In this document: piece by piece, positions 61,407 through 64,000 of the stretch
How the letters are laid out: the number at the start of each line of letters is the position of its first letter
Numbering within the stretch: the stretch's first letter is position 1
Origin: Myxococcota bacterium
GTDB lineage: Bacteria > Myxococcota_A > UBA9160 > UBA4427
NCBI GenBank assembly: GCA_965250285.1
Contig: OZ252299.1
Coordinates: forward strand, 5,607,966 to 5,671,965
Length of the DNA stretch: 64,000 bases
Direction: 5' to 3'
The notes under the pieces: generated by a model
Seen by the model: only the letters and a program-made list of their open reading frames with translations
Databases searched by the model: none
Told to the model about the DNA's origin: nothing
Translations under genes and position numbers: made by a program

Positions 61407-62561
61407 ATGCCGGCTTCCTCCCCCCTGGCCGACGGCGAAACGCTGCTCTTCGTCGGCACCTGCAAGGGCATCTTCTTTCTGCGTTCGAGCGATGCGCGCG
61501 CGAGCTTCAAGCTCGAGGGGCCGCACTTTCTCGGCCACCTCGCGTATCACGTCGTGCTCGATCCCCGCGATGGCCGCACCCTGCTCGCGGCGACGAAGAC
61601 GGGCCATCTCGGCCCGGCGATCTTCCGCAGTGAAGATCTCGGTCGGACGTGGCAAGAGGTCGCCCAGCCGCCTGCCTTCCCGAAAGTGCCCGACGGCGAG
61701 ACGGGCCGGGTCGTTGATCACGCATTCTGGCTGCAGCCCTCGACCGCCGCCGAGCCCGGGGTCTGGTACGCCGGCACGTCGCCCCCCGCGCTGTTTCGAA
61801 GTGAGGACGCCGGGCGATCGTGGCACCCGGTGGCCGGCTTCAACGATCACCCCAAGTGGGGCGACTGGACGGAGGAGGGGGCCGACGGCACACCCGATGG
61901 ATCGATCCTGCACTCGATCACCGTCGACCCCCGCGACTCGGCGCATCTCTACGTCGGCTGCTCGGGCGGAGGCGTCTTCGAGAGCACGGATGCGGGCGCG
62001 GCGTGGCATCCCCTGAACGCGGGCTGCGAGGCGAACTTCAACCCCGACCCGAATCCCGAGTACGGCCACGACCCCCACTGCCTGCGCGTGCATCCGGCGA
62101 AGCCCGACGTGCTCTGGCAGCAGAACCACTGCGGCATCTACCGCATGGATCGAAACGAAGGGGTGTGGGAGCGCATTGGCAACGCGATGCCCCCGGATGT
62201 CGGCGACATCGGGTTCCCGATCGAGCTGCACCCGCGCGACCCCGATACGGCGTGGGTCTATCCGATGGACGGCTCGGACGTGTGGCCGCGGACGTGCCCG
62301 GGCGGCCGGCCGGCGGTGTATCGCACGCGCGATCGCGGGCAGAGCTGGCAACGCCTCGACGCCGGCCTGCCGCCCGAGCACGCCTGGCTGACGGTGCTGC
62401 GGCAGGCGATGGCGGTCGACGATCACGACCCGACCGGGGTCTACTTCGGGACGACGACGGGCGAGATCTTCGCCAGCGCCGACGAGGGCGAGTCGTGGCG
62501 CTCGATCGCGCGTCATCTGCCGCACGTGTTCAGCGTCGAAGTCGCGAGGGCGCCGGCGTGA
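61407..62561 (+). CDS. BNR/Asp-box repeat beta-propeller protein
   Basis: Within ORF 61377..62561; ATG 61407 sits 8 nt after GGAGG. Five Asp-boxes: SEDLGRTW, SEDAGRSW, STDAGAAW, TRDRGQSW, SADEGESW. Confidence 0.75.
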   Translation: MPASSPLADGETLLFVGTCKGIFFLRSSDARASFKLEGPHFLGHLAYHVVLDPRDGRTLLAATKTGHLGPAIFRSEDLGRTWQEVAQPPAFPKVPDGETGRVVDHAFWLQPSTAAEPGVWYAGTSPPALFRSEDAGRSWHPVAGFNDHPKWGDWTEEGADGTPDGSILHSITVDPRDSAHLYVGCSGGGVFESTDAGAAWHPLNAGCEANFNPDPNPEYGHDPHCLRVHPAKPDVLWQQNHCGIYRMDRNEGVWERIGNAMPPDVGDIGFPIELHPRDPDTAWVYPMDGSDVWPRTCPGGRPAVYRTRDRGQSWQRLDAGLPPEHAWLTVLRQAMAVDDHDPTGVYFGTTTGEIFASADEGESWRSIARHLPHVFSVEVARAPA

Positions 62562-62815
62562 GGGTGCGCATCCCGACGCCGCTGCAGTCGTACACCGAGG
62601 GCGTCGAGGTCGACGCCGACGGGGGGACGGTGGCCGAGCTGCTCGCCGACCTCGATCGGCGCTATCCCGGCATCCGCCACCGCATGATCGACGAGCAGGA
62701 CGGGATCCGTCCGCACATGCGCATCTTCGTGAACCGCGAGCGCGTCGTATCGATCGAGTCGGTGCTCGAGCTCGGCGACGAGATTCAGATTCTGCAGGCG
62801 CTGTCGGGGGGGTAG
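62558..62815 (+). CDS. MoaD/ThiS-family ubiquitin-like small protein (C-terminal GG)
   Basis: GTG 62558 overlaps the upstream stop (GTGA). 85 aa, beta-grasp-like, VRVRIPTPLQSY...DEIQILQALSGG-stop. Confidence 0.7.
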   Translation: MRVRIPTPLQSYTEGVEVDADGGTVAELLADLDRRYPGIRHRMIDEQDGIRPHMRIFVNRERVVSIESVLELGDEIQILQALSGG

Positions 62816-62832
62816 GGCGAGTGTGGCGCGCC

Positions 62833-62852
62833 ATGCGTCGGAACCGACGCAT
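62833..62852. promoter_or_regulatory. perfect 9+9 bp palindrome ATGCGTCGG-AA-CCGACGCAT
   Basis: Read directly. It lies in the 127-bp gap between the MoaD-like gene and the PEP-CTERM gene, and could be an operator or a hairpin. Confidence 0.3.
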
Positions 62853-62942
62853 CCGAATGCCACGCATCGACGCGATGACGTGCGACACTGTAGGAGCCGA
62901 CGCCGGCCGCCGAGCCACGGCCCGCGCGAGGAGGCCCGCCCG

Positions 62943-63617
62943 ATGCGTTCGCAGCTCTTCCGTTTCTGGCTCGTCGTGATCGCGATGCTCATGGTCTCGC
63001 CCGCGGCGAGTGCGATCTCTCTGAGGATGATTCCGACCAGCGGCGATCCGACGTGGCTGATCCCGGGCGAATCGTTCACCGTCGCGCTCGTGCTCGATAC
63101 CGAGGGGACGATCGGCATCGAATCCTTCTCGGTGGGACTGACGTTCGATCCCGAGGTCATCACCTACAACGTCGGCGAGTCGGATCTGACGGACTGGGTG
63201 CTCTACACATGGAACGGGGGCAAGACGCCGACGTGGCTCGAGCCGACGCACGAGCCTCCGTTGTACTCGCCCACGGCGCTGTACCCGATGTACGCCCAGC
63301 TCAATCTGGCGTTCATCGAACCGAACCTGAGATCGACCGACGTGGCAGGGGACGGGATCGTGCTCGGTCACCTGAGATTCGATCAGCGCCCGAACCAGAT
63401 GGGCGAGGTCTCACCGCTCTTACTCGGCTTCTTCGGCGGGGGAACGCACTTCCTGGTCGATGGTGCGGACGTGTCCGACGAGGTGAGTCTCAACGAGTTC
63501 TTCGTGCTCATTGCGCCCGAGCCCGGCACCGCACTGCTCGTGGGCGCCGGGCTCTTCGGTCTGGGCGCCGCGGCGCGGCGGCGATCGAAGCGGCCCGGGC
63601 GACCACCCGCGCCCTAG
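62943..63617 (+). CDS. PEP-CTERM sorting-domain secreted protein (cohesin-like beta domain?)
   Basis: Within ORF 62823..63617; ATG 62943. Signal WLVVIAMLMVSPAASA. C-terminal APEPGTALLVGAGLFGLGAAARRRSKR. Confidence 0.8.
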   Translation: MRSQLFRFWLVVIAMLMVSPAASAISLRMIPTSGDPTWLIPGESFTVALVLDTEGTIGIESFSVGLTFDPEVITYNVGESDLTDWVLYTWNGGKTPTWLEPTHEPPLYSPTALYPMYAQLNLAFIEPNLRSTDVAGDGIVLGHLRFDQRPNQMGEVSPLLLGFFGGGTHFLVDGADVSDEVSLNEFFVLIAPEPGTALLVGAGLFGLGAAARRRSKRPGRPPAP

Positions 63618-63931
63618 CGCTCGGGCACCTCGATGCGCGGCTTCTCGTCGTTTCGGCGATAGAGGATCACCGTGTGGCCGACGAGGCCGCACAGCTCGGC
63701 GCGGCCCATCCGGGCCAGCTCGGCCGCAGCGGCCTTCTTGTCGTCGGGCCGGTGCAGCTTGACTTTCACGAGCTCGTGGTGCTCGAGCGCATCGTCGAGT
63801 GCGCGGCCGACCGCATCGGAGAGGCCGCCATCGCCCACCGAGACGACGGGCTTCAGCCCGTGCGCGAGCTTGCGCAGGTGCTTGCGCTGATAGCCGGCGA
63901 GCGTGCCGGGGTTCGGGGCTGAGTCGGTCAT
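63614..63931 (-). CDS. yhbY: YhbY/CRM-domain RNA-binding protein
   Basis: LAGYQRKHLRKLAHGLKPVVSVGDGGLSDAV...HELVKVKL...GHTVILYR. Confidence 0.85.
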   Translation of the reverse strand: MTDSAPNPGTLAGYQRKHLRKLAHGLKPVVSVGDGGLSDAVGRALDDALEHHELVKVKLHRPDDKKAAAAELARMGRAELCGLVGHTVILYRRNDEKPRIEVPER

Positions 63932-64000
63932 GGGGGGTCTCCGCAGCCGGGGCGGGGCGAGCAGGGCGGGCCTCGGCGAGCGCGGCAGGGTAGCGGGGCC

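Overview
Very GC-rich window (about 70% by eye), bacterial and chromosomal. The gene content (a DUF4388/J-like/TPR protein, many TPR lipoproteins, PEP-CTERM proteins) suggests a Myxococcota-like deltaproteobacterium; that is inference only. I call about 48 protein genes. I saw no rRNA, tRNA, CRISPR array, transposase or phage genes.

Left ~45 kb (186-45469) is an unusually dense envelope-glycosylation island. It contains:
- seven polytopic GT-C-type membrane proteins, one of them STT3/AglB-like with the WWDYG box replaced;
- four GT2 enzymes;
- a UPF0104 flippase-like protein;
- four sulfatase-fold paralogs with Thr instead of Cys/Ser at the nucleophile position;
- NDP-sugar tailoring genes (galE, a Gfo/Idh/MocA dehydrogenase, a DegT aminotransferase, an SDR);
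- a SAM methyltransferase and a prolyl-hydroxylase-like 2OG oxygenase.

These genes surround an operon of two PrsT-like TPR lipoproteins plus a fused membrane/spermidine-synthase-like/TPR protein. Divergent from that operon is a tandem pair of Gly/Thr-rich PEP-CTERM proteins. The pair sits behind a ~1 kb non-coding leader with a well-spaced sigma54-type promoter box. ddl, a larE-like gene and a C45-like gene are interspersed.

Right ~19 kb holds housekeeping genes (DEAD-box helicase, gatCAB, ilvE, yhbY). It also holds a circularly-permuted-ATP-grasp / alpha-E / transglutaminase operon, and a BNR-repeat / MoaD-ThiS-like (C-terminal GG) pair followed by a third PEP-CTERM protein.

Several tandem repeat arrays occupy gene junctions: 39-40 bp x6, 158 bp x2 plus partial copies, 18 bp x6 and 10 bp x4.

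All functional calls come from motif recognition by eye. No searches were run.
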